Assembly: GCA_965603825.1 (NCBI GenBank)
Contig: CBFDEM010000037.1
Coordinates: forward strand, 248,001 to 312,000
Length of the DNA stretch: 64,000 nucleotides
Direction: 5' to 3'
Source: Blepharisma stoltei ATCC 30299
Taxonomy: Eukaryota > Protista > Ciliophora
Below are positions 26,339 to 37,268 of this stretch, piece after piece. Below the pieces are notes generated by a model. That model worked only from the letters and a program-made list of their open reading frames with translations. It made no database searches and was not told the origin of the DNA. Within the stretch, counting starts at the first letter, position 1. Each line of letters begins with the position of its first letter. A program made the position numbers and the translations under genes.

Positions 26339-26917
26339 TTATATGTTAGCTTCATTAAAAAGATCTTCAAAAGCTACATCGTTTTCGGTTTTTATTACAG
26401 GATTTTCTTCTTTTATGACCTCTTTTTTGACGTTTTGAGGCATTTCAGAAGGAATTGGGTCGGTTTCAGATTTGTAATGAAGGAAACTGTTTGGGCCTTG
26501 GAGGCAGTCTTTTATATGGATTTTTCCGGTGGCCAATTTTATGTAGTAAAGTTCGTCATAAAGACGGTATTTTGTATTTTCTGATAGCGAAAGTTGATCG
26601 GCAAAGGAGTAGACTTGGGCCATAGTAAATTTCAAGAGCTGCCTCATAGTGATTTTCGAATTTCTTATAATTCAAGTATCCTCAGAAGACAATTCAAGCT
26701 TGTGGCAAAGGATTTCTATTGGCGAAATTGAATTTTCGTAGATAAGCTTGGGAAGGCCGAAAGTTTGGACCATATGGCAAGTGCTGCTATTTTGTTGGAG
26801 ATGAGTTATAAGGCAGTTGATACAAAAATCAGATTCATTGCAATTGCAATACACTTCAGATGTACTTTTGCAACCTGGGGTTTTGCAATCTTTACTTTTG
26901 ATTCTAGGGGGCTCCAT
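26339..26917 (-). CDS. Small protein with N-terminal B-box-like Zn finger
   Basis: CKTPGC..YCNC..FCINC...H; two ORFs joined by TGA 26672. Confidence 0.72.
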
Positions 26918-26931
26918 TTTATAATAAAAAC

Positions 26932-27366
26932 TTAATAAAACGAGCTATTAACAAACTCCTGATAATTCACCCATCCATTTTCATCTGTGAAATGACTCAT
27001 ATGCTCCATAAGAAATTGCCTTTCTCTATAATCTTTTACTTGCTCTTTGATCAGTTCCTCAATTTTTGAAATATGGAGCCTCCTCTCATTGTCACTTAGC
27101 AGTAAAAATCCTTTGAAAATTTCTTCACTGGTATACTCATGACTTACACACCTCATTTTGAATAGCTTTAAAAAGTCGTCAAAAGTCGCATAATTGCGGT
27201 TTTCAAAAACTAATTGGATGTATTTTTCCATTTCTTCAGGGGATGGATTAAGTCTCACTCTTTGGAACATTTCTTCGAGCTTGTCACGAGTAATTTTGCC
27301 TTGAACTGCAAATAGATTGAAAATATCACGGTAATGGGCACGGTTTCCGACTAAGCCTTGATTCAT
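26932..27366 (-). CDS. Divergent calmodulin-like EF-hand protein
   Basis: 144 aa; DIFNLFA..GKIT, NPSPEEM, TFDDFL, EEIFKGF, DENGWVNYQEFV. Confidence 0.75.
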   Translation of the reverse strand: MNQGLVGNRAHYRDIFNLFAVQGKITRDKLEEMFQRVRLNPSPEEMEKYIQLVFENRNYATFDDFLKLFKMRCVSHEYTSEEIFKGFLLLSDNERRLHISKIEELIKEQVKDYRERQFLMEHMSHFTDENGWVNYQEFVNSSFY

Positions 27367-27429
27367 TTTTATTTATTAAGTTAAGAAATTTTATGTAAAT
27401 ATTTGGATAAATTTAGGCTAATTAAGTGC

Positions 27430-28119
27430 TTATAAGCCATCTAAGCTTAAATTATCTCTCCATCCTTTCAAATAATAAGAAGATGCCAATAGCATCACTG
27501 CAGCCACATACCCCAAATATGCAGTAAAATTATAAATATCATGGGTACACGATAAATATTCTCCCGAAATCCCATCTTCTACTGAAAATTCATTAGTCAA
27601 ATTGCATAAGGAATAATTATTTGTATTAGAATTTGACACTGCAAATAAGTCAAACGTAGAGGAAATAACTAAAAGTAAAGTAAAAAAATACGCAGAATTT
27701 ATATGAAGATCAGCAAGTTTTTTGTCTTCATTAGAAAGGGATAATAAGCCAATAATGACTACTAGGGCTGATCCTAATGCAAAGCAGATGCGTAGCTCAG
27801 ATATAGCATTTTCCCACGGACAGACTATTAAAGCTGATGCTTTGACTTCATCGTTGATATTTAGAAGAATTTCAGCTTTAAGAGGGCCTGTGAGGGTGCT
27901 GCATGATGCTTTCTGCATGAGTTCTTTGCAGACATAATTGTGCTTTGGGTCAGTGCTATCTAATTCGCATGTCCAAGAGTTAGCGGTACCTAGGTAAGTG
28001 CAATAGATGTGGATTATTAAGCAGACAAAGGTAAATAAGAGGACGAAGAGAGTTCTACGAGTTGTGTCAGGAGCTTCAAAAATTAGGCGTTTTGCATCTT
28101 CTGAGGAGAATCTTATCAT
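27430..28119 (-). CDS. Four-transmembrane protein with Cys-containing loops
   Basis: Four hydrophobic segments separated by two Cys-rich loops. Confidence 0.72.
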   Translation of the reverse strand: MIRFSSEDAKRLIFEAPDTTRRTLFVLLFTFVCLIIHIYCTYLGTANSWTCELDSTDPKHNYVCKELMQKASCSTLTGPLKAEILLNINDEVKASALIVCPWENAISELRICFALGSALVVIIGLLSLSNEDKKLADLHINSAYFFTLLLVISSTFDLFAVSNSNTNNYSLCNLTNEFSVEDGISGEYLSCTHDIYNFTAYLGYVAAVMLLASSYYLKGWRDNLSLDGL

Positions 28120-28183
28120 ATTTATTATTTATAATGCTTTTAGTAGTGAGACTTATCAATTATTTTACTTAGCCAAGCAGAGA

Positions 28184-29008
28184 CTAGCAGGAGTCATTCA
28201 TCGGCAAAGGCTTTAGCTTTATTGTGTTCTTGGCTTTTCTCTTTCTGACCTCTTCGAATTCTCTTATTTTATCCTTGGGGGATGGAAGTAGCATTGATAT
28301 CAGTGGAGATCTTGCAGTTATTGACTTATAAGGAGTTAATTTAACGAACGCTGGCAATGTTCTATCTCTTGACATATCAATTTTTGCCTTATTTTTCAAT
28401 ATTTTTTGTCTCATAAGAATATTTGTGATTATTGAATCAGGGTCTTTTCTGCTTGTTCCTTTTAGCTGGGGCAGCTTTTTAACTTTTTCTTCAGTTTTAT
28501 GTCTTCGCTCTGATATATTGAACGCCGTGCCTCTAAACAATCGGTTAAGTTCTTCTTCAAGCATGATCAATTGAGGCCTATCAAATGCAGGCTTCAAGAC
28601 TTTTACTATAAAATAAATAATTGTTTCGAAAAAATTCTGGTCGTCTTGATTTTTTCTGAAAATCCTTTCTTTTAGGATTAATTCTCCGTATTTTTGGGCA
28701 ACGATTTTGCCTTGCTCACTTAGTTGTTTTGACAAATCTTTTGTGGTTTCTTTGTATTCGTGCTGTTTTTCTTCTTCTTGCTTAATTAAAGTGTTAATTT
28801 CGGTCAATGTTTTGGAGTAATCATAAATTGTATTGTAGAGTTCAAGCATTTCTGGACGATTGTAACTGTCTAAGAAACTATATGGGAGAATTAAGCCAGG
28901 ATTTTCTTCTTTATCTTTTATCATTTCTTTAATTGAATTCTCAACTGAATTTAGCAAATTAAATTCTGCTGGCACTACTGGATCTGCTTTTCTTGGTGCT
29001 CTGCTCAT
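28184..29008 (-). CDS. PPP1R36-like (PP1 regulatory family) protein
   Basis: YGELIL, DQNFFET, EEELNRLFRGTAFN and RSPLISMLLPSP resemble the PPP1R36 family as I recall it. Confidence 0.55.
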   Translation of the reverse strand: MSRAPRKADPVVPAEFNLLNSVENSIKEMIKDKEENPGLILPYSFLDSYNRPEMLELYNTIYDYSKTLTEINTLIKQEEEKQHEYKETTKDLSKQLSEQGKIVAQKYGELILKERIFRKNQDDQNFFETIIYFIVKVLKPAFDRPQLIMLEEELNRLFRGTAFNISERRHKTEEKVKKLPQLKGTSRKDPDSIITNILMRQKILKNKAKIDMSRDRTLPAFVKLTPYKSITARSPLISMLLPSPKDKIREFEEVRKRKAKNTIKLKPLPMNDSC

Positions 29009-29228
29009 AATTATTATCCTTTTTATTTATAAACTTTAATTCATTATAAAAAATTAAAAGTGTTTAAATACTCTTTTTTTCGAATAATAACACTTCAAAT
29101 CACTTATTGGATGAATTCAGAGAGCTTTTTAAAATTATTTTATAAATTTTTTTAAAGTTGATATAATCGCTTTTTGCTCTATATATCATAATGTTCTTTC
29201 CCTTTTGGGCTCCAACCAAAACCAAGCT

Positions 29229-29438
29229 CTAGCTGCAAGAAACATAAAAATAATAGAATCCGCAAATCCACGATGTCAGCTTTACTATCACCATTGCATC
29301 ACCTAAAAGTCTTGAATTACTGCTGTAGCTAGGCCAGGTGCTGCTATAAGTAAAGCTATTAATCCATATAAAGGGTGAAAGAAAATCATAATTATTAATA
29401 TTTCGCATATAGATCATAAAATAGCCAAAATTTCTCAT
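29229..29438 (-). pseudogene. Frameshifted relic of the first FG-GAP repeat of the lectin-like family
   Basis: FLSPFIWINSF..STWPSYSSNSRLLGDA matches the start of the 29497-30726 gene; adding one base near 29295 gives DANGDSKADIV. Confidence 0.75.
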
Positions 29439-29496
29439 AGTTTTTATTACTTAAATGCAATCGTATAGAATAGTTAATTGAGTATTTTAACTTAAT

Positions 29497-30726
29497 TTAA
29501 AGCCTGACATACTCATTTCTTGCTCCTGATATATGAGCGTTCTTTTCTTTTTTAGCTCCAACTATAATCAAGAAAGTTGTAACTCCGATCCCAAGAAGCA
29601 CAAAGAAAGCTAAATACTCAAAAATTCCAGCATAACTGCTTTCTTTAATCATTTTCTGAGCATCTTTTGCGCTGTCCCTAAAACTTTTTTCTCCTACCTC
29701 AAGCAAATTAGGGTTATAATTAGGAAAGATAACAGCTACACGAACTCCTTCCCCTCCAAATCCTATAATATCATTGTATCCATCTCTATTAGCATCTGCC
29801 ATAAATCTTGGCTTCGAATCAAAAGTATCGAAGCCTTCAACCTGGCTATTTCTCCCAAAATAGTACATCAGTCATTCAGGATTATCAAATCCACTCCCAT
29901 TAGAGAGTGAATAACCAGTTGAACTATCTCCAAATCCTATGATGTCTGCTTTTTTATCTCCATTGAGGTCTTTTACAATTCTTGGGTTTTGATTAAAGCT
30001 TTCCCATCCAAAAGACGTCGACCAAAGCGTAGCTTTGTCAAAAGTAACTCCATTTGATAATGCGACCCAAGTTCCTTGAGAATTAAAGCCTACAATGTCA
30101 GCTTTTCCGTCACCATTTACATCAGCAACCATTCTGGGAGTTTGATCATAAGTTGTCCACCCTGCTAACACTGTAAACTCGCTAGAAGCAATTGTTCTGG
30201 TTAAAAATTGATTCCCATTCGATAATGATACATAAACGGAATCATAGCCAAATCCAATGATGTCATCTTTTCCATCTCCATTGAAATCTCCTAAAGCTCT
30301 TGGATATCTGTCAAAACTAGTCCAGCCTCCGTTAGAGTAGGAAAAATCATATATCCAGCGAGTAGCGTCATTTATTCTATAAGCATCAGAAATAGAGACA
30401 TAAACAGCGTCATAGCCGAAACCGACTATATCAGCTATTTTATCACCATTTACATCTCCTAAAAGTCTGGGATATAAATCTTGAGATGTCCAACCTCCAA
30501 CGTTCTTACAGAAAGCACCAAGTGAATTAGTTGGGGCGGTGAAATTACCACCTGTGGAATATGAAACTTTAATCCCGTTATCTGAAAAGCCAACTATATC
30601 AGCTGCGCCGTCACCATTTATGTCACCTACTAGCCTAGGATTACTGTTGAAACTAGGCCAAACGCTGCTGTCATAAAAGCTGCTAACCCATATAATGGGT
30701 GGAAGAAATGTAATCATTATATCCAT
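29497..30726 (-). CDS. PVL-type FG-GAP beta-propeller lectin-like protein with C-terminal TM helix (copy A)
   Basis: Six PRxxxDxNGDxxxDIxGF repeats; TGA 29872 = W joins the ORFs; TM YLAFFVLLGIGVTTFLIIV; tail ends YVRL. Confidence 0.85.
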
Positions 30727-32419
30727 TGAATGCTTGAACAGAAAATGTGGATGTTGATAAAGATGGAATGCTACAAGAGATTGAAAACTAAGCACTAATT
30801 GATGAATATTTTAAGAAAATTTAAAATATATTAACCAGATGTAGTTTAATAATATTTATTATTGAAGGCAGAGTTTAATTCGTAAAGAAAACACTAGAAC
30901 GCAATATAAGCCTGCACCAAATTTAAACAAGAAAGGAACAATTAAAGCATTAATTTCTAAAACATATATCATTTTCAAAATTGGTTAAAAGTTAAACGGG
31001 GTTCGCCTTTGTGATTTTTATGTCTCATAAATTAAATACAGATTAAAAACCATTTTTTATAAACTTTATTGCTCAAGTAAAATAAATGGCACTTATTCGT
31101 GAACTAACTAAAATTTTGTTCTTTGGTTTGAGCAATTGGAACTACTTTATTGCAAATTGGTTAATTTCTGCCAATTTATATTCATCAATAATGATTAAGA
31201 CTTTTTAATTTAAAATAAATGTGCATATATTTTCTTAGCGAACTATATAGAATCTTCTTTTCTAATAAAAATTCATTAGAGGGCTTTAAAAAGTTAGGAT
31301 GCTGCATAAAAGCATTATTTAATGCATTTTAAGAGAGAACAAAGGATATTTTACAAACTATAATCAACAATCTAAGAGTTAAATATAACTATAATAATTT
31401 TGTATAAATAACACTTTTCCATATTCCAAAATTTCTAGCTTATCACTAAATCCAATGTGAGTGATACTTGTCAATAGAAAAATCCTTTATTCGAATATTA
31501 CATTCTTAATTTATTTATAAACTGCATTAGGCGAATTACGCACATTTGGTAATTTTAGGCCACTCTAAAGTAATACTTATTAGGAAAAAATAAAGACCAA
31601 GCTAAGCGTACACTACACAGCGTGAAATTCAGTACATTTTTAAATGGATAAGAAGTTTTTTTAGAACATACAAATTTGGCATGAAAAACCCACAAGTCTT
31701 TTATAGTAAAATTAGCATGTGATATGCAGAGTTTTAGGAGGTTTAGAACAATTATCTCTTAAGCTAAGAGTAGACCAGATATCATTAAAGACTTACTTGA
31801 TTATACAGTCTAATATTCTCGACACAACAGAAATTTTTCATATTTTAACTATAAAATTGAGTCAATAAATTAATTATGAACTGAGTTTAAATAACTAATT
31901 GAGTATGGGCGTTAGTTGATGGATATTTTAAAAGAAAGTAATTTAAGGCTTTCACTTTGCTTATACTTAGTCTACTAATCTTGATAGTTGTTTGTTTATT
32001 TATAAAATCACATACTTGATACTTCACATGCCTAAAGACTGTGGCTTCTCTAATTTTGATAATCTTGAAATGGCTTTTATGATAGGCAATATATTAAGAA
32101 TTGCTTTGATTTTTAAGCCATTTCTTTAAGTTTCTTTTCTATAATAAACCAATAAATGAAAAATTTCAAATAAAACGTTAATTTAAATTGGACCAAAAGT
32201 TCTTAATATTGATAAACTTTTTAGTAATTATCTGTTTTAAATCTCTAAAATCATTATAATTACAAATCAAGAAGAAAACAAAAATAAATATAAGATTTAA
32301 ATGTTTAAGACTTTAATTAACTAATTAGGCGAAGCTATTAAGCTTTTCTTAAAATGTAACAGCTTTTTAAATGCATTTTATATTCCAAAAAATATCAAAA
32401 GTAATAGCTGATTAATTTT

Positions 32420-33544
32420 TTATTTCAAGCTCATATAAGAGCTTGCTGAGCCTTCACAAAATTCAAGATAATAAGGCTTACTTGATTTTTTTTTAAAACA
32501 AATTAAAAGAGCAACACCTAGAACTCCAAATAATAAAATTCAAGCCCAAATCCAATAGAATTTCCCTTCAGAATTTGAGCTATCAAATTTCAAAATACTT
32601 TCACGCGATTCTGCCTTGCATCTATCAAAGCAATTAATTTCTAGTTCATTACTTTCATATTCACTTAAGCACTTTACATCGCTTAATGAGTTATCAGATT
32701 TGATAGCATTCAACTTAGTAATCTTAATATCAGCTATATCATCAACCATTACAGAAACAAATGTTCCAGCATTTCCAAAGCCAATAATATCAAAAAGTCC
32801 ATATCCTGTCACATCCATAACTACTCTTGGGTGTCTATCATATGAATTTCCACCGCCTCCATTACTAACTGCCCCAAAACTAGACATAGCCAAAAAGGGT
32901 TCTTCAAAGTGTTTTCCATTAGAATAAGCTATATAAATCCCTGCTGATCCAAAGCCAATAATATCTGCTTTTCCATCATTGTTCATATCTTTTACAAATC
33001 TTGGAAATTGATCAAAATTTGTCCAGCTTCCAGCATCTGCTGAGCTCCCAAACCACCATGACCATAAGGTAGCTTTATCAAAGTTTACTCCATTCGATAA
33101 AGCAACTACCACACCGTCTGCATTGAATCCAACGATGTCAGCTTTTCCATCACCGTTTACATCCTCAATTCATCTAGGATTCATATTAATGCTTGATCAC
33201 CCATAACTCGATCCAAAATCTGTTGTATAATAGGAAATAGCTTTTGCAAATGAGTTGCCATTTGAGAAAGCAATGTAAATACTGTTGCTGTAAAATGTAA
33301 TGGCATCAGCTTTGCCATCACCGTTTACATCTCCAAGGAATCTTGCACAAGAATCTGAAGAAGATGAACTTGGGCATATAGTTTCCTTACTTCATAATGA
33401 AGAATCTGTAAATCCTGTGGTATTCGAAGTAGATACTAAGATGCCTGCATAGCTGAAGCCGACAATGTCAGCCTTTTTATCTCCATTGACATCGCCTACT
33501 ACAGAATATCTGTATGAATGGATGAATGGCTGCTTGGAGGAATT
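32420..33544 (-). pseudogene. 5'-truncated PVL-type FG-GAP gene (copy B): repeats 2-6, stalk, TM and tail
   Basis: Open frame (4 TGA=W) from TAA 33547-33545 to TAA 32420; homology starts near 33500 (VGDVNGDKKADIVGF); no upstream ATG or first repeat; tail ends YMSLK. Confidence 0.7.
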
Positions 33545-34224
33545 TTAAAGAGAAGATTTTTTATAAAATCTGATAAATAGCTATTTTTTGGCACTTCGCA
33601 CCAAAAGTAGCAGGGAAATCTTCAGCAAGCGATGCTGAGGAGTAGTGAATAAAGGTTTTTTTTTAGAGGCCTGTAGAATTTATGGAATTTCATTGAGATT
33701 TTTCAAGATTCATATGCATGATTACATAAAATCATTATTGATTCTCTTTGGTCCATATCGGATGTGCTATACGCGAATGGGTGCTACATCGAGAAACAAT
33801 TTTTATGCAGCTTGTGAAGTTGGATATTCAGCGGAGGATTGCTGATGTTTGCTAAATATTTAATATTACTTTAAAAAGCCTGCTATATGACTAAAAACTG
33901 TTAAATTTGTTGAAAAAATAATTTCTTTAATATTTGAAAGAATTTCTCGGTTTTTAGAAATCCAATATACAGTATGCTGACTTGGATCCGAAGATCTTTT
34001 TTGTGTCCATAATATTAGATTATATTGTAAGGGCTAAAATTTCTTTCTATCAAATGGTCCCAAAATCTTTTATTAGGTTCTTTAATTGTGAAACCATATG
34101 ATTATAGAAAGCAGCTAAAAATCAGCATTAAGGATACAAGCAGTTTTTACTCTATATTAAAAAAAATACTTATTTTAAACTGTTTAATAGTTTTTTATTT
34201 TAGCCATTTAGATTAGCTTAAATA

Positions 34225-35559
34225 TTAAGCCCTGATATAAGGAGTTTCTGATTCCTCTCCAAAATCATAACGAATTTTCTTGGATTTTCTCATCCCTTTG
34301 AAGTAATTCAACATGATAATTCCAAGAATTGCAAAAGACACAATCCATATCCAAACTCCAAAAGAGCCTACTTCAGACTGCTTAGTATCTCCTATTGCGT
34401 CACAATCACATGTTGCCTTGCATTTATCCAAGCAATTCGATCTCGGGCCATAATCTTTGCATTCACTTGTGCACTTTGCGTCACATGCGGTGCTATTAGC
34501 CTTGATACTCTTTAAGTTAATAGGATTTATAGCATTTGCATCGTTCAGCGATAGAGCAACATGGACTCCTGCAATTCCAAAACCAAAAATGTCATTATTT
34601 CTATCTCCATTTGCATCTCCTATCATTCTTGGATGTCTATCAAACGAATTCCATCCTCCAGCAGCAGCTAATTTCCCATAGTGGAACATCACCAATAAAG
34701 GATAATCAAATCCTTGCCCATTTGAAAGAGCTACATAAATACCTGCTAGCCCAAATCCAACAATGTCAGCTTTTCCATCACCGTTAACATCTCTTACAAA
34801 CCTTGGAAATTGATCGAAACTTGTCCAGTGCCCAGCATCATCAGAATTTCCAAACCATCCTGACCAAAGTGTAGGAGCTAAAAATCCAGTTCCAACTGAT
34901 AACGAAACCCATACTCCAGAACTGTTGAAGCCAATAATGTCAGCTTTCCCATCTCCATTTACATCTCCAGCCCATCTCGGCGTGTCATTAAAGCTTCTCC
35001 ACCCAGAAGCCACAGAAAATTCTGATATTAAATTTTGAGGACTTGCAAATGAGTAGCCTGTTGAATAAGAAATCCAAGTATACTCACCCCCAAAGCCAAT
35101 AATATCAGCTTTACCGTCACCGTTTACATCTCCAAGGCACCTTGGGTATAAATCAAAGCTACTCCAGCCTCCAGCTGCATATGCATAATTTTTGACCCAA
35201 GGTGAAGGCTCTGTGAACCAAGATCCAGTTGATATTGATACCCAAGTGAAATCATGTCCAAATCCAACGATGTCAGCTTTTTTGTCTCCATTGACATCTG
35301 CTACAAATCTTGGGTATTGATTATAGCTGGCCCAACCTCCTGCAGATCTTGCATAATTACTGACCCATCTTTTTGCAATTCCAAGATCTTTTCCGCTTGA
35401 CAAAGAGACGTAAGTTCCATCATTCGCAAAGCCTATTACATCGCTTTTTCCGTCTCCGTCGACATCGCCGACAAGTCTTGGATTCTCATTAAAACTAGAC
35501 CATCCTTGGTCCACACCAAATTGAGAAATCCATAAAGCAGGATACAAAAATTTTAACAT
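34225..35559 (-). CDS. PVL-type FG-GAP beta-propeller lectin-like protein, Cys-rich stalk, TM (copy C)
   Basis: Six repeats, CxxxCxxxC..CxxxCxxxC stalk, TM VWIWIVSFAILGIIML, basic tail. Confidence 0.88.
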   Translation of the reverse strand: MLKFLYPALWISQFGVDQGWSSFNENPRLVGDVDGDGKSDVIGFANDGTYVSLSSGKDLGIAKRWVSNYARSAGGWASYNQYPRFVADVNGDKKADIVGFGHDFTWVSISTGSWFTEPSPWVKNYAYAAGGWSSFDLYPRCLGDVNGDGKADIIGFGGEYTWISYSTGYSFASPQNLISEFSVASGWRSFNDTPRWAGDVNGDGKADIIGFNSSGVWVSLSVGTGFLAPTLWSGWFGNSDDAGHWTSFDQFPRFVRDVNGDGKADIVGFGLAGIYVALSNGQGFDYPLLVMFHYGKLAAAGGWNSFDRHPRMIGDANGDRNNDIFGFGIAGVHVALSLNDANAINPINLKSIKANSTACDAKCTSECKDYGPRSNCLDKCKATCDCDAIGDTKQSEVGSFGVWIWIVSFAILGIIMLNYFKGMRKSKKIRYDFGEESETPYIRA

Positions 35560-35933
35560 TTATAGCCATTAATAATTTTGGTAATAGTTAGGCATTCATT
35601 AGATATAAAATTACTAAATTATAATAAGCTCGACAAATATCCCTTAAAGAGAATAGGCTATATGAGTGTAATTAATTTTCTATTAAAATGGTATATTAAT
35701 ATTAAAATAAAAGTTGGATTTAAAAATTATGCAAAAATTAAAAAATTCATAGATATCGTGAACTATATAATCATAATAAATAAAAATAATTTTTCCGAGT
35801 TTTAACTTTCAATTAGTATACTTTTAAGCACTTTTTATTAAACGGAAGTTTAATTTGAATCAAATTAAACTTAGCTTAATATAATAGCGAAGAGGAATAT
35901 TTTTATTTTAAATGCTGAATTTAGCTTAAATAA

Positions 35934-37268
35934 TTAAGCCCTGATATAAGGAGACTCCAACCCCTCATTCAGGCCAGCATAAATCATCTTCGAATTTTTC
36001 TTCCCTTTTAAGTGGCCCATAATGATTGCTCCAAGAACTACAAAAGACAAAATCCAAGCCCAAACTCCAATAGTTATTGTTTCAGACTGTTTAGTGCAAT
36101 CTTTTACAGAAGATTCACAAAGAGCCTTGCATTCATCCAAACAACTTGATTTTGAGCCAAAGCTCTTGCATTTATTAGCACATTTTGCTTCGCAATCTGT
36201 GCTATTTGCCTTAATACCCTTTAAATTAATAGGAGTTATAACGCTGATATCACTCTGCCCTTGAGCAACGTTGACTCCTAAAATTCCAAAGGCAATAATG
36301 TCGCTAATTTTATCCCCATTCGCATCTCCTACCATTCGTGGATGGTTATCAAATGATTTCCACCCCCCATTAGCATTTCCCTTTCCAGATTTGATGGTTA
36401 TTAAAATAGGGGAGTCAAATCCTTGCCCATTTGAAAGAGCAAAGTAAATTCCTTGTAGCCCAAACCCAACAATGTCAGCTTTTCCATCATGATTAACATC
36501 TTTTACAAATCTTGGAAATTGATCGAAACTTGTCCAGTCCCCAGCATCAGCCGAGTTTCCAAACCACTCTGACCAAAGTGTAGGAGCTAAAAATCCAGTT
36601 CCAACTGATAACGAAACCCATACTCCAGAACTGTTGAAGCCAATAATGTCAGCTTTCCCATCTCCATTTACATCTGCGACCCATCTCGGTGTGTTATTAA
36701 AGCTTCTTCACCCCGAATTTACAGAAAATTCTGATGTTAAATTTTGATGGCTTGAAAATGAACTACCTGTTGAATAAGAAACCCAAGTATACCCAGCACC
36801 AAAGCCAATAATATCATCTTTACCGTCGCCGTTTACATCTCCAAGACACCTTGGATATAAATCAAAACTACTCCAGCCTCCAGCTGCACGTGCAAAATTC
36901 TTGACCCAAATAGAAGGCTCTGAAAATCCTGATCCAGTTGATATTGATACATAAGTGCCTGCATATCCGAATCCAACAATATCTGCCTTTTTATCTCCAT
37001 TGACATCTGCTACAAATCTTGGGTATTGGTCATAGCTGGTCCATCCTCCTGCAGACTTTGCATAATTACTGACCCATCTTTTAGCAGTTCCAAAATCCTC
37101 TCCACTTGACAATGAGGCGTAAGTTCCATCATTTCCAAAGCCTACAATATCGCTTTTTCCATCTCCGTCGACATCGCCGACAAGTCTTGGGTTGTCATTA
37201 AAACTAGACCATCCCTGGTCAACCCCAAATTGAGAAATCCATAAAGCAGGATACAAAAATTTTAACAT
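35934..37268 (-). CDS. PVL-type FG-GAP beta-propeller lectin-like protein (copy D, tandem duplicate of C)
   Basis: Same length as C (1335 nt), offset 1709 bp; its single TGA (36708) aligns with TGG (34999) in C. Confidence 0.88.

Noticed and set aside
30800-32419. Long AT-rich spacer as a retained IES, transposon or ncRNA locus
   Set aside because: I could not see terminal inverted repeats, a transposase frame, a tRNA cloverleaf or telomeric repeats by eye; not excluded without a covariance-model search
29497-37268. Bacterial contamination or integrin alpha subunits
   Set aside because: The genes use TGA=Trp and host-like composition between bona fide ciliate genes, and they lack integrin thigh/calf domains and the GFFKR motif. 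Ancient horizontal origin remains possible.
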